In this document: piece after piece, positions 63,970 to 64,000 of the stretch | How the letters are laid out: each line of letters begins with the position of its first letter | How positions within the stretch are numbered: position 1 is the first letter of the stretch | Assembly: GCA_012490745.1 (NCBI GenBank) | Contig: GCA_012490745.1_3925.1 | DNA length: 64,000 bases | Origin: a phage | Strand: one strand, 5' to 3' | The notes under the pieces: generated by a model | Databases searched by the model: none | What the model was told of the DNA's origin: nothing | What the model saw: only the letters and a program-made list of their open reading frames with translations | Position numbers and translations under genes: made by a program

Positions 63970-64000
63970 TATGGAGAGTCACAATGGAGAAGTACACATT

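Overview
This 64-kb window reads as a large virulent tailed-phage genome segment, AT-rich, with no integrase or repressor seen. All calls rest on reading the sequence and ORF track by eye; no homology search or folding program was run. Layout: (1) 1-5.6 kb, 13 small plus-strand early genes, most preceded by a repeated promoter/hairpin/RBS cassette; (2) 5.6-7.2 kb, a 1.7-kb ORF-free region dense in short repeats; (3) 7.2-15.4 kb, a minus-strand block of unknown genes plus a GH24 endolysin and a tandem paralog pair, one carrying three Ig-like repeats; (4) 15.6-17.5 kb, two plus-strand genes including a vWA/MIDAS-like protein; (5) 17.66-22.61 kb, an array of about 27 tRNA genes with embedded ORFs and structured spacers; (6) 22.8-46.6 kb, a structural module (terminase, portal, S49 protease-scaffold, decoration, major capsid, neck, putative sheath and tube, chaperones with a -1 frameshift site, tape measure, baseplate, two HxH-rich tail fibers); (7) 46.6-58.1 kb, minus-strand nucleotide-metabolism and replication genes (thymidylate synthase, DHFR, ATP-dependent DNA ligase, HNH-AP2 endonuclease, family A DNA polymerase); (8) 58.4-64 kb, dNMP kinase, primase-helicase and an SSB-like acidic-tail protein. 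The strongest candidate for an undescribed system is a two-gene cassette at 50.5-51.5 kb flanked by ~370-bp direct repeat blocks; the 5.6-7.2 kb repeat region and the non-tRNA elements inside the tRNA array are the other main leads.
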